The position numbers and the translations under genes were made by a program. Shown here piece by piece: positions 10,226 to 20,354 of a stretch of DNA of 64,000 nucleotides (within the stretch, counting starts at the first letter, position 1; the number at the start of each line of letters is the position of its first letter). The stretch covers positions 224,001 to 288,000 of the forward strand of contig CAVYGB010000010.1 of assembly GCA_963767925.1 (NCBI GenBank), written 5' to 3'. The stretch comes from an uncultured delta proteobacterium (GTDB taxonomy: Bacteria; Myxococcota_A; Polyangia; Fen-1088). The notes under the pieces were generated by a model. It was not told where the DNA came from. It saw only the letters and a program-made list of their open reading frames with translations, and made no database searches.

Positions 10226-11065
10226 TCAGCCGACCCGGTCGAGCCGCCAGGTGGGGTCGACGCCGTGGCGCTGGCAGTCGGCCTCCCGGCCGACGCCGGT
10301 CAGCACGAAGGCGGAGTCGAGGCCGAAGTCCCGGGCGCCGCGGATGTCGGTGACGATCTGATCGCCCAGCATCACCACCCGGCGCAGGTCCTCGGTGGGG
10401 CTCACCCGCATGGCGGCCTCGAACATCGGGGCGTGGGGCTTTCCGAGGGGGACGAAGCGCAGCGAGCCCCCCGGCTCGCGGAGCTGCAAGATGCGCTCGA
10501 TCATCGCGGCGATCGACCCGGCGGTGATGCCGACGGCGTCGGGGCCGCTCGGGAAGAGCAGGTCGGGATTGGGTAGCAGGAGGTGGGTCGAGAGCCCGCG
10601 ATCGCAGCGCCCGAGCAGCACCGTGATCACCTGGTTGATCGTCGGCAGGAAGTCGTAGCCGTCGTCGTCGGCCACCACCACCACCTCGGCGGCCGGGTCG
10701 CTGGCCGCCACCGGCCGCCCCCCCGCCTGGCGGACGTATTCAGCCGAATCGTCGGTCCCGAGGACGATGGTGGGCGCGCCGGCCAGTCCGGCGGCGGCGT
10801 AGTGCGCGCGCAGCAGCGCCCCCGAGGTCAAGATCTGCTCGACCGCCAGGGGCAGCCCGAAGCCGCGGTAGCGCCGCCAGGAGGTCTCGGGGGAGCGGGA
10901 GGCGTCGTTGGACAGGATGAAGAAGCGCTTGCCCGCCGCCTGCAGACGCTCGAGGAACGCCACCGCGCCCGGCAAGGGGCCGCCCGAGCAGACCAGGACG
11001 CCGTAGGCATCCAGGAAGAAGACGTCGTAGCGCTCGACGAGCTCGGCCGGCGTGATGGTTTGCAT
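10226..11065 (-). CDS. HAD-IIA family hydrolase (NagD-like)
   Basis: FLDAYGVL motif I, LSNDAS, NPD, GKP, MLGDQIVTDIRGA, VLTG. Confidence 0.9.
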   Translation of the reverse strand: MQTITPAELVERYDVFFLDAYGVLVCSGGPLPGAVAFLERLQAAGKRFFILSNDASRSPETSWRRYRGFGLPLAVEQILTSGALLRAHYAAAGLAGAPTIVLGTDDSAEYVRQAGGRPVAASDPAAEVVVVADDDGYDFLPTINQVITVLLGRCDRGLSTHLLLPNPDLLFPSGPDAVGITAGSIAAMIERILQLREPGGSLRFVPLGKPHAPMFEAAMRVSPTEDLRRVVMLGDQIVTDIRGARDFGLDSAFVLTGVGREADCQRHGVDPTWRLDRVG

Positions 11066-11072
11066 GGCGGGG

Positions 11073-11828
11073 TCAGATCCGTCGAACCCAGAGGTAAGGG
11101 GAGCCCGGGGGCGGCAGCAGCCGCACCACGAGCGGCGTTCCGCGCCCCACCGGTGCCTCACCCCGAGGTCCCACTTCACGCACGAGCACCCCGGCAACCT
11201 CCACGGTATCGCCGGCCCGGATAGCTACCTCACGCACGAAGGGAGGTAAACCCAAAAGCCAGGTGCGTTCGCACTGCCCACCCCGGCGCGCCAGCTCGGC
11301 CAGGTTGGGGCGGGTGATGCGGCGAGGGGGATCGTGCAGGCGGACCTGCCGGGCCTCGAGCTGGACGCTTTCGCCCGATGGCAAGCGGATGGCAAAGTCG
11401 AGGCCCCGGGTCTCGTCGGCGTAGGTCGTCACCGGCCGGCGGGAGGCCGCCCGCAGCAGGTAGATGGAACGGGCGAAGAGCGCCGGCTCGATCGCGCCCG
11501 GCGTCTCGAACCCGGCGCCGGGCGCCTCCACCCGTCCTCGCAGCCGGACCAGCTCGCCCCGATCCCGGGCGTGGGGCGGGGCCAGCCGCTCCCGTCGCGG
11601 GAGGGCGTCGAGCCGGGCCCGCCGCGCCAGGCGGCCCAGGCCCAGCGCGGCCCGGGCCACGTCGAGCACGGGGGTGAGGCCGGCCAGCAGGCGGAACACC
11701 TCGTCGGGCAGGGGGCGAATCCGCGAGTGGCTGCGCCGCTCGATGAGGCGTCCGCTCCCCGCGCGGGCCGGGGCACCGAGCGCCGGAGTCTCCGGTCGCC
11801 CGGGCGGATCCGATTCGTAGCCAGCCAT
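11073..11828 (-). CDS. Hypothetical protein (GIDE-like OB-fold possible)
   Basis: 'GELVRLRGRVEA..REVAIRAGDTVEVAGVL' pattern; co-oriented, 7 nt upstream of the HAD gene. Confidence 0.55.
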   Translation of the reverse strand: MAGYESDPPGRPETPALGAPARAGSGRLIERRSHSRIRPLPDEVFRLLAGLTPVLDVARAALGLGRLARRARLDALPRRERLAPPHARDRGELVRLRGRVEAPGAGFETPGAIEPALFARSIYLLRAASRRPVTTYADETRGLDFAIRLPSGESVQLEARQVRLHDPPRRITRPNLAELARRGGQCERTWLLGLPPFVREVAIRAGDTVEVAGVLVREVGPRGEAPVGRGTPLVVRLLPPPGSPYLWVRRI

Positions 11829-11997
11829 GCCCCTCGTTCGCTCCTCTCGACAGCCTCAACCTCAACAATGGCAGGAAAAAGATCCGCCCTCTATTGCAGC
11901 TCCATTGATCGCAAATCAGGGGACCAGGCCCGAACGCCGCAACACCCACACGAGGCCCCGACCCTGTAATGCCCCTGAAAATCCAATCAAGTCCAAC

Positions 11998-12027
11998 TTG
12001 ACAGGCGCTCAAAACCCGTGATTAAGT
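11998..12027 (+). promoter_or_regulatory. Putative sigma70 promoter for the TonB receptor
   Basis: Perfect TTGACA at 11998-12003, 18-nt spacer, TG-n-TTAAGT. Confidence 0.45.
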
Positions 12028-12334
12028 AGGGCTGGCCAAAAAAGGGCCGGATAGCCAAGGAGGTCTCCTAGGGGTCCAAACTCCGACCGAGGTGGGTGAG
12101 GGGCGAGCGTGCTGTGTCGGGTCGGTTTTGCAGGTGGACTGCCAGGCCGTCGACCGTCGGATGCCGCTCGGGATCGGGCTCGATCGCTCGTTTCTCTCCC
12201 GGAGCCGTCCAGAAACGCACAGGACAGCTGTTCGGTCGGTGGAGTCTCAAAACAGCCGGATGAACACGTGGGGTGAGGGTGCCGCGCTGTAGTTCAACGT
12301 GCGATGTGCGCGCCGTGATGAGGGAGAGAGGGAA

Positions 12335-14776
12335 ATGATCGTTAGCAACGACCGTGAGCAATCTGGCTCTATAAGCCGTAATGGAATTGGCGTCTTCGGA
12401 CGCGGTCTATTGGTCCTGGCCGGCGTATCGTTCGCCCTGGCCAGCCCGAACGCGGCCCAGGCCGCCCAGGATCCCGGGGAGGCGGCCGCCCAGGAGCCGG
12501 CAACCGAACAGCCAGCTGGCGCTCCCGGCGAGCAGCCCGCGGGCGATCCGGCCGCCCCGGAGGGCGAGGCCCCCTATCCGCGCATCGACCCGGCCTCCAC
12601 CCGGGAGCCCCACCTGCAAGGGGAGGTGCCCGCCACCGGCCGGGAGTGGGACATCACCGCCCTGTCGCTGGAGCAGCTCCTCAACCCCCAGATCACCACC
12701 GCCTCCCGCGCCGCCGAGAAGGCGACCGAGGCGCCGGCAACGATGTACGTCGTGTCCAAGAACGACATCCGCGCCTACGGCTACTCCACCCTCGAGGACG
12801 TGCTCAGGGACGTCCCCGGCATGGAGACGGTCGAGCGGTATTACTCCGAGCAGGGGACCCTGGTCCCGGTCCGGGGCGTCGTCGGCAACAACAAGATCAT
12901 CCTCCTGGTCAACGGCATGCGGGTCAACCCGCCGGGCGGCGAGGATCTCATCGTCCGGAACGACATCAGCGTGCGGGCCGCCGAGCAGATCGAGATCATG
13001 TACGGCCCGGCCTCGACGCTGTACGGACAGGACGCCATCAGCGCGGTCATCAACATAAAGACCAAGAAGCCGGGCGACGTGGTTGCCGAGGCGGTGGGGA
13101 GCTACGGCTCGACCAGCAGCGGCGAGGGCTACGCCTCCTTCGGGACCAACCTGCGAGAGAAGTCGGACAGCCCCATCGCCATCACGGGGTTTGCCCAGTA
13201 CAAGCGCTCCGAGCTCGCCGATTTCAGCAAGACGTACCCGGAGTGGTGGGCCAAATACAACACGTTCCTCACGGGCGTCGGCAACCGGACCGATGACGCC
13301 GCCGGCCCCTCGCGCGAGGAGGCCGGCCTGAACGTGTTCGCACGGGTGGAAGGCAAGACCGCCTCGCTGCAGGCCTGGTTCCGGGACAGCCAGCGCAGCT
13401 CGGCCGAGGGCAGCGGCGAAGGGCTCAAGAACCCGGTGCTGTTTTTCATCCCCGAGGCCCGCTGGCGGGACCGCTCGCTCGTCGTCGAGGGCCAGCACGC
13501 CCTCAACATCACCGACGACGTCACCCTGACCTCCACCCTGGTCTTCAACCGCTACGAGGTGCAGCCCGAGTCGCGTTACGTGTTCCCGGGTGGCCCCACC
13601 TCCCTGTTCCTCCAGGACTTCAAGTACGGGGTGGGGACCGGGCAGACCGTCGAGGAGAAGCTGGACTGGACGCTGTCCGAGTCGACCCGCTTCACCTTCG
13701 GGGTAGCGGCCTCGAACTTCGACATTCTCCCCAAGTCGACCGTGCTGGGCGGGGCCAACCGGGACCGCAGCATCGTCGAGCAGGCCGGGGCGCTCAGTTA
13801 CTACACTGCGCTCGACGCGGCGACGGGCCTGCCCGATCCGGCCTCTCGGCAGACGGTGAATCGAGCCATCGACCTGCACTACCAGCAGTACGGGGCCTAC
13901 GCCGAAGGCTCCCACCGCTTCATGGACAACCTCCGTCTCATCGGCGGTGTGCGGGTCGACATCAACTCCCGCTTCGACGCCACCCCGATCAGCCCCCGGG
14001 CGGCGCTGGTCTACAGCCCCCTGACGGAGCTGACGTTCAAGTACATCTTCACCCAGGCCTACGTCGCACCGGCGCCCTACTTTTTCCACAACGTCTTCGA
14101 CAACGGGGTGCAGATCAGCGCCGGGAACTCCGACCTGAAGCCGGAAACCGCTCGATCCAACGAGGTGAACGCGACCTGGCAGACCGAGAGCCTGCTCGTG
14201 TCGGGCAGCGGCTACTTCAACCAGCAGAAGGACCTGCTGCTGACCGCCCAGACCGAGCTGCCGGAGACGGTCCTCTACCCGATGGTCTACACGGATCCCA
14301 CCGACGCCACCCAGATCCGCCGGGTGGCCCGGGCGATCAATCTGGGGTCCAGCCGGGCCGTCGGGGCCGACATCTCGGCCCGTGTCAACCTCGGTCCGGT
14401 CGCGTTGCGTGGGTCGTATTCGTTCGTCGACTTCAAGCGGACCACCGGCTCCATCACCTCGAAGCTCGACAAGATCTCGGCCCACAACGTCCGGGCGGGG
14501 GTGACCTGGACCATTCTCCAGGGCCTCTCGATCACCCCCAGCCTGGTGCTGCGCTCGACCCCGGTCGAGCTACCCGAGGCCTGGAAGGACCTCGGGGTCA
14601 GCCTCAGCACACCCTACGAGGTCAACCTCCACGCGCTCTACACGCCGGTCAAGAACGTCGATGCCTACGTGCTGGCCCGGAACGTGACGAATAATAAGTA
14701 CGGCCTCCGCGGGGTCTCTGGCCCTGCCCTTCAGGAGCCCCTGTCGGCGATGTTCGGTCTTCGCGCCCGCTACTAG
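12335..14776 (+). CDS. TonB-dependent receptor
   Basis: Plug motifs 'ITTASRAAEKATEAPA..LRDVPG', 'IEIMYGPASTLYGQDAISAVINIKTK'; 'GNSDLKPE'; C-terminal aromatic residue (LRARY). Confidence 0.92.
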   Translation: MIVSNDREQSGSISRNGIGVFGRGLLVLAGVSFALASPNAAQAAQDPGEAAAQEPATEQPAGAPGEQPAGDPAAPEGEAPYPRIDPASTREPHLQGEVPATGREWDITALSLEQLLNPQITTASRAAEKATEAPATMYVVSKNDIRAYGYSTLEDVLRDVPGMETVERYYSEQGTLVPVRGVVGNNKIILLVNGMRVNPPGGEDLIVRNDISVRAAEQIEIMYGPASTLYGQDAISAVINIKTKKPGDVVAEAVGSYGSTSSGEGYASFGTNLREKSDSPIAITGFAQYKRSELADFSKTYPEWWAKYNTFLTGVGNRTDDAAGPSREEAGLNVFARVEGKTASLQAWFRDSQRSSAEGSGEGLKNPVLFFIPEARWRDRSLVVEGQHALNITDDVTLTSTLVFNRYEVQPESRYVFPGGPTSLFLQDFKYGVGTGQTVEEKLDWTLSESTRFTFGVAASNFDILPKSTVLGGANRDRSIVEQAGALSYYTALDAATGLPDPASRQTVNRAIDLHYQQYGAYAEGSHRFMDNLRLIGGVRVDINSRFDATPISPRAALVYSPLTELTFKYIFTQAYVAPAPYFFHNVFDNGVQISAGNSDLKPETARSNEVNATWQTESLLVSGSGYFNQQKDLLLTAQTELPETVLYPMVYTDPTDATQIRRVARAINLGSSRAVGADISARVNLGPVALRGSYSFVDFKRTTGSITSKLDKISAHNVRAGVTWTILQGLSITPSLVLRSTPVELPEAWKDLGVSLSTPYEVNLHALYTPVKNVDAYVLARNVTNNKYGLRGVSGPALQEPLSAMFGLRARY

Positions 14777-15953
14777 CCGAGGCAAAGGGGTGGTCACTGA
14801 CCACCCGGACCGGTGAGCGCGTCAACCTCTCGATGCTCCGGAGGTTGGCGCGCTCTTCGTCGTCACAGAACGAGAGGGCGATGCCGGTAGCCCCCGCCCG
14901 GGCGGTGCGGCCGATGCGGTGAACGTAGCTCTCCGGCTCGTTGGGCAGCTCGAAGTTGATGACGTGGGTGATGCCGTCGACGTCGATGCCGCGGGCGGCG
15001 ATGTCGGTCGCCACCAGGACGCGCACCCTGCCCCTGCTTGAAGCCGTGCAGGGCCCGCTGGCGGGCACCCTGGCGACTTGTTGCCGTGAATGGCCTCCGC
15101 CATGAGGCCGGCCTTGATCAGGTGATCGACGACCCGGTTGGCCCCGTGTTTGGTGCGGGTGAAGACCAGCACCTTGCTGAGGGCGGGGTTGCGCAAGACC
15201 TCGATCAGCAGCGAGCGCTTGTTGCCCGCGGCGACGAACAGGACCGACTGATCGATCTGCTCGGCCGGGGTCGAGCATCGGCGCGACCGCGACCTTGAGC
15301 GGATTGTTGAGCAGCGAGGCGGCCAGCTCGGCGATGTCCGGCGGCATGGTTGCGGAGAACAGCATGTTCTGCCGGCGGGGCGGCAGCACGGCGAGGATCT
15401 TGCGGATGTCCCGGATGAAGCCCATGTCGAGCATCCGGTCGGCCTCGTCGAGCACCAGCACGCTGAGCGCCTCGAAGCGGATGTGCCCCTGCTCCATGAG
15501 ATCGAGCAGGCGGCCGGGGGTCGCTACCACCACGTCGGCGCCGCGGCGGATGGCGTCGACCTGGGGCTGCTGGCCGACGCCGCCGAACACGGTGGCGCAG
15601 GTGACGCGGACGTGGCGGCCATAGGTGCGGAAGCTCTCCGCGACCTGCAGCGCGAGCTCTCGGGTGGGTGCCAGCACCAGCGCGCGGGGGCCGCGCGCCC
15701 CGGCCGTCCGGGGCAGGCGGGCCAGCCGATCGAGCACGGGCAGGGCGAAGGCGGCCGTCTTGCCGGTGCCGGTCTGAGCGCAGCCGAGCAGGTCCCGACC
15801 CTGCAGGAGGTGGGGGATCGCCTGGGCCTGGATCGGCGTGGGCGTCTGGTAGCCCTCGGAGGCGAGGGCCTTCTGCAGCGGTTCGAGGAGGCTGAAATGC
15901 GCGAACGACGGAACGGACGGGAGGACGGGAGACGGAGCAATAGACGTATGCAT
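14649..15953 (-). CDS. rhlE: DEAD-box RNA helicase (RhlE-like) with three internal +1 frameshifts
   Basis: Q motif PTPIQ, AQTGTGKT, PTRELA, DEADRM, SAT, HRIGRTAR; motif IV 'LVFTRTKHGAN' lies in another frame. Confidence 0.88.
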   Translation of the reverse strand: MHTSIAPSPVLPSVPSFAHFSLLEPLQKALASEGYQTPTPIQAQAIPHLLQGRDLLGCAQTGTGKTAAFALPVLDRLARLPRTAGARGPRALVLAPTRELALQVAESFRTYGRHVRVTCATVFGGVGQQPQVDAIRRGADVVVATPGRLLDLMEQGHIRFEALSVLVLDEADRMLDMGFIRDIRKILAVLPPRRQNMLFSATMPPDIAELAASLLNNPLKVAVAPMLDPGRADRSVGPVRRRGQQALAADRGLAQPRPQQGAGLHPHQTRGQPGRRSPDQGRPHGGGHSRQQVARVPASGPCTASSRGRVRVLVATDIAARGIDVDGITHVINFELPNEPESYVHRIGRTARAGATGIALSFCDDEERANLRSIERLTRSPVRVVSDHPFASASSGREDRTSPTGAPEGQGQRPRGGRTYYSSRSGPARRHRRS

Positions 15954-16358
15954 TCGATCCTTGGAAGACCCCGGGGCTCTCGTGCCGGGCGCTCGTGATA
16001 CGCGCCCTCGGGATCGGTTGGCGGCTGCTCCTGCAGGGACCGAGTCAGCGAGGCAGCCTGGCCAGAATCGGTGAGGGGCCGAAGGGGCCCGTTAGCGCAG
16101 TCCGGCAAGCTGCCGGACGCAGGACGAAACCTGGTTTGTAGCGACAGTGATGGGGGCAATCGTCCGGCAAGTCAAAGAAAAGTGGCAGCGGGCCGGGGCT
16201 ACCAGTTGGTTTGGTACCATCGTGACGCTAGAACTCGAATACTCTATGGTGGTTTTGCGAAAGAAGATGAAGCAGAAGATGCAACGTGTTATGTGGTCCA
16301 GCACGATGATTCGAGTGTGGTCTCCGTCCCTCCTTGCTCCTGCAGGGGGTAGCCGCTC

Positions 16359-16829
16359 GTGACGCGTGGGTATGCCGGTGGCAAGCGACAACGAGAGGCG
16401 GAGCGGGATCGGAAGAAGAAGGAGAAGCTCGAGCGCTTGCGGCACAACCGTGCCATGCGGGCGTCGGGCATGGACTCCTCCCACGATCCGTCGGGCGAGC
16501 TGGCCGATGGTAAGCTCCCCGAGGTCCGACTCGAAGACGTGGTCATCTCGGTGGCGCCCCGCCCCAAGCGCGGCACCGTCGGCCCGGTGAAGCTTTTCGT
16601 CGGTGGCCTGAGCTGGGAGACGACGACCGAGGACCTGACCAACGCCTTCCGCAAGTTCGGTCCCATCGTCGACGCTACCGTGATCCTCGATCGCGCGACC
16701 GGCCGCTCCCGCGGCTTCGGGTTCGTCAGCTTCGAAAAGCCGCCCGACGCCAACGAGGCGGTCAAGGCGATGAATGGCGCCGAGCTCGACGGGCGCATCC
16801 TCAAGGTCAACCTCGCCGAGAGCCGCTGA
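16359..16829 (+). CDS. RRM RNA-binding protein with basic N-terminal extension
   Basis: RNP2 'LFVGGL', RNP1 'RGFGFVSF', 'MNGAELDGRILKVNLA'. Confidence 0.9.
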   Translation: MTRGYAGGKRQREAERDRKKKEKLERLRHNRAMRASGMDSSHDPSGELADGKLPEVRLEDVVISVAPRPKRGTVGPVKLFVGGLSWETTTEDLTNAFRKFGPIVDATVILDRATGRSRGFGFVSFEKPPDANEAVKAMNGAELDGRILKVNLAESR

Positions 16830-17221
16830 CCGGCGGCTCCCGCAGGGGGCCCAGCCACACCGTTCCAGCGCAGCACGGTAGCACCGGGGGGATCCACCGC
16901 CGGTGCGGACGGGACATTTCCGTTCGAACCAGCGCTCGAATGCGATTTCCCGACGCTCGTAAGGGCGTTGCTCCACTTGTTGGTAAACGCTGCGTCTGAT
17001 TCCACGTCCCCGCGGGAAACGGTCGCATGCCGCTCCTTGCCAGCAATCTCAGAGGGCCCCGATAGCGTTTCCCTGCCCGTCCTGAGGCTCGTACGCCACT
17101 TCTCCTTTCGCCCTAACCTATCCGCGCTACGCCCTGGCTTGATGTAGTTAGATGTGGCTCTTGTTTTGAGTCTGTACCATGATGGCCACGTTTTACGGTT
17201 CGGGTTGTCGGCCGGGCGATG

Positions 17222-17237
17222 TGGCGTCCTGCGTGCT
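17222..17237 (+). promoter_or_regulatory. Putative sigma54 -24/-12 promoter
   Basis: TGGCGTCCTGCGTGCT has GG-N10-GC spacing, about 50 nt before ATG 17286. Confidence 0.4.
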
Positions 17238-17285
17238 GCTGTTTCAGGTTGGGATGCAAAAACAACTGAAAGACGAGGATCTGTC

Positions 17286-18224
17286 ATGTTCCGAATGCTG
17301 AGGCGAACGGTTCAGATTGGCGCTTGCGCCGCAGTGCTGGCTGCCTGGTTGCCTGTTGCCGAGGCCGCGCCCGCTGCGTGCGTGGTGGCCTGGCGAAATG
17401 CAGACAAGCTGGTGAAGGTCGGGCAGCTGCGTTCGGCCAAGACGTCGATGCTCAAGTGTGCCCACTCCACCTGCGGCAGCGTCCTTTACAAGGAGTGCAG
17501 CCGCCGGGTGGCCGAGATCGAGGCCGACATGCCGACCATCGTCCCGGTGGTCAAGGACGGCAACGGCAACGCGATCTCGGACGTGGACGTGGTCATGGAC
17601 GGCGAGGTCCTGGCCTCCCGCATCGACGGACGCGCCGTGACGGTGGATCCCGGCACCCACGAGTTCACCTTCCAGCGGGGCAACTCCGTGCTGGCCGCCT
17701 ACAAGACGACCATCCTCCAGGGCCAGCGCAACCGGACCATCGAGGTCTCGCTGCGTGACGAGGACCGCCCGGTGGTTCGGTCTCGTCTGCCGCCGACCGC
17801 CATCGTGGCCAACCCGCCCGGTGGCGGGGCCGGCCAGAGCATGTCGATGGCGCCCGAGCAAGAGATCGACGTCGACATGGGTGGCCGGCGGCTGACGCCG
17901 GGGGCCGTCACCCTCGGGGTGGTCGGCGCGCTCGGTGTCGCCGGCTACGGCGGCGCCCTGTACCAGGGCAACAAGGAGAACCGGGACCTCGACGGCTGTC
18001 TGCCCAACTGCCGGCCCGAGGCGGTGACCCGCGTGCGCAACTACTATCAGGCCGCCCGGGTCTCGCTGGGCGTCGGTCTGGTGGCGCTCGCCGGGGCCGC
18101 GTACCTCTACTACACCTCGGACAACGAGGACTCGTCCGAGATGGCGATCGGTCCGGCCCGGGTTCGCTTCGACGTCCAGGCGGCCCAGGCGGGCGGTCTG
18201 GCCGGCTTCACCGGGCGGTTCTAG
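17286..18224 (+). CDS. Exported myxobacterial hypothetical protein (PEGA-like middle domain)
   Basis: Signal peptide (AEA), Cys-containing helical N-domain, 'VTVDPGTHEFTF', hydrophobic segments, terminal 'FTGRF'. Confidence 0.75.
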   Translation: MFRMLRRTVQIGACAAVLAAWLPVAEAAPAACVVAWRNADKLVKVGQLRSAKTSMLKCAHSTCGSVLYKECSRRVAEIEADMPTIVPVVKDGNGNAISDVDVVMDGEVLASRIDGRAVTVDPGTHEFTFQRGNSVLAAYKTTILQGQRNRTIEVSLRDEDRPVVRSRLPPTAIVANPPGGGAGQSMSMAPEQEIDVDMGGRRLTPGAVTLGVVGALGVAGYGGALYQGNKENRDLDGCLPNCRPEAVTRVRNYYQAARVSLGVGLVALAGAAYLYYTSDNEDSSEMAIGPARVRFDVQAAQAGGLAGFTGRF

Positions 18225-18366
18225 CTCCCTCGTTCCTCGCGCCCGGGGGCCTGCTGGGCACCCCGGGCCGCGAGATTGAGCGGTATTGGCCTGCGCCGGA
18301 GCGGGGAGCCCGATAAAAGGGCGAACGGGCCACGGCCCTCTGTCCCCCCCCGCACAGGAGGCCTTC

Positions 18367-20029
18367 ATGCTGCGATTCTCGCGTCCTGGTCGGCGTCGTC
18401 GTGCTCGGCGCCGCCCTGTTCGTCGCTGGCTGTAGCGCCGACCCTCCGGGCACGGCCCCCTCCGCACCCGAAGCGGGCGGCGGTGGCGGCGGCCGGCCGA
18501 GCGCCGGGAGAACGGGTGGGGATGGGGGAAGCGGCGGCGCAGGAGGTGCTGCCGGCTCCGGCGGCGCAGCCAGCTCGGGCACGGGCGGCAGCGGCGGCGT
18601 GATGAGCATGGACGGCGGCGTGGTGAGCGTGGACGGCGGCGGTGTGGACGGGCCGCCGGCGGCCCCGGTGGTGTCCGAGACGCCCCTGCCCCCTTGCGTG
18701 CGTACCGTCCCCGTGGCGGCGAGCGCCGCGCTGGGACCGGCCGTCACGGCAGCGCAGCCCGGGGACTGCCTGGTGCTGGCCGACGGCAACTACACCTTTC
18801 CGGTCATCACCCGGACCGGCAGCGAGGCGGCGCCGATCGTCGTGCGGGCCGCCAACCGGGGCAAGGCGGTGGTGAACAGCGGGGCGATTCACCTGCTGCG
18901 TTCAGCCTACCTGGTGCTGGAGGGGCTGGACATCACCAGCTCCGGCGCCAGCAGCAACCTGGCCCACGGGGGCAGCAACGGCATCCTGGTGGCGTTCACC
19001 GACTCCCATCATTGCCGGCTGACCCGCACCCGCATCCATCCGGCCGGTGCCCCCGCCGAGCGCGACTGGATCGTCCTCAGCGGCGGCGAGACCCACCACA
19101 ACCGCATCGACCACAACGACCTGGGCCCGGTCACCGCCCTGGCCAACATCCTGGTCATCGACGGAACCGGCCAGGAGGAGCCGCTCGTCCCGGGCCAGGT
19201 CTCCCAGCACAACCGCGTCGACCACAACTACGTGCACGACGTCAACAACACCGGCGGCAACAACTGGGAAGCCATGCGCATCGGCCGGAGCTGGCAGGGG
19301 CCCACCAAGGGGTTCAACGTCATCGAGCGCAACCTGTTCGTGCGGGCCAACGGCGACCCCGAGACCATCTCGGTGAAGTCCTCCGACAACATCATCCGCC
19401 ACAACACCCTGCGCGCGACCGCCGGCGAGATCGCCCTGCGCCACGGCAACCGGACCCAGGTGTACGGCAACTACATCCTCGCCGAGGGGAACGGCGGCTC
19501 CCGGGGCATCCGGGTCTACGGGGCCGACCACCGCATCTTCAACAACTACGTCGCCGACGCCAGCACCGGCATCTGGCTCGACGACGGCGCCTCCCCCGAG
19601 ACCGACGAGCCCGGCAAGGAACACTATCAGGTCTACCGGACCTGGGTGTTTCACAACACGGTGATCGGCCGGAACATCCGGGTGGGGGGCTCGAAGGCGC
19701 ACGCTCCCCTCGATTGCCGGGTGGCCAACAACATCATCACCGGCGCCGGTACGCTCAACCCCGACGGCACCACCCTGGTGGACGAGGGCAATCTGGTGGG
19801 CGGAGACAACCCGCTCACCCTCCAGGACGGGATCTTCCGCCTGCTGCCCAACGCCGCCGGCGCGCGCGCGGCGGGCAAGGCGGTCAACGCCGACTTCTAC
19901 GGCCTGGGCGAGGACATCCAGGGCCAACCCCGCGCGGCCCCCGACCTCGGCGCCGACGAGGCCTCGACCGCCCCCGCCACCATCCCCGGCCCCCTCACCC
20001 CCGCCGACGTGGGCCCCGCGGCCGAGTGA
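18367..20029 (+). CDS. Polysaccharide lyase family 6 (chondroitinase B/alginate lyase-like) lipoprotein; probable frameshift just after the start
   Basis: 'AQPGDCLVLADGNY', 'WEAMRIG', 'ETISVKSSDNIIRHNT', 'LRHGN'. AGGAG + ATG 18367 is out of frame with ORF 18401; lipobox VAGC, Gly-rich linker. Confidence 0.85.
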
Positions 20030-20051
20030 GACGCTCGAGCGAGCGGGCTCG

Positions 20052-20133
20052 TGCGAGGAGGGGGACTCGAACCCCCACTTCTTTCGAAACCGGAACCTAA
20101 ATCCGGCGCGTCTACCAGTTCCGCCATCCTCGC
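20052..20133 (-). tRNA. tRNA-Leu (anticodon TAG), CCA not encoded
   Basis: GCGAGGA acceptor stem, TGGCGGAACTGGTAGACGC D arm, CCGGA-TTTAGGT-TCCGG anticodon arm, long variable arm, GGGGGTTCGAGTCCCCC T arm. Confidence 0.97.
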
Positions 20134-20354
20134 TGGGACCCGGATAGCCTATCCCAGCGAATCGGGGCGCGTCTGCGGATTTTGGCGGGCGACAGGGCGA
20201 GGGGGGAGACGGTGCGACGGGTCGCCGGCTTGACGGGAGCTTGCGGCCGTGGACAACTGCTCGGGTTGTTTGCCACCTGGACAGGCGCGCCCGGGCGCGC
20301 GCCCGCCGCCTGCCGCCGCGCGGACCTGGGCCCTGCCGGGGGTCGCGGCTGCTG

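Noticed and set aside
12028..12334. Cobalamin riboswitch upstream of the TonB receptor
   Set aside because: The B12-box and GCCACTG-type consensus elements are not recognisable; kept only as an unassigned structured-leader candidate.
20030..20140. tRNA-Leu as an island or prophage attachment site
   Set aside because: No integrase, no duplicated tRNA 3' end noticed, and no obvious compositional shift.
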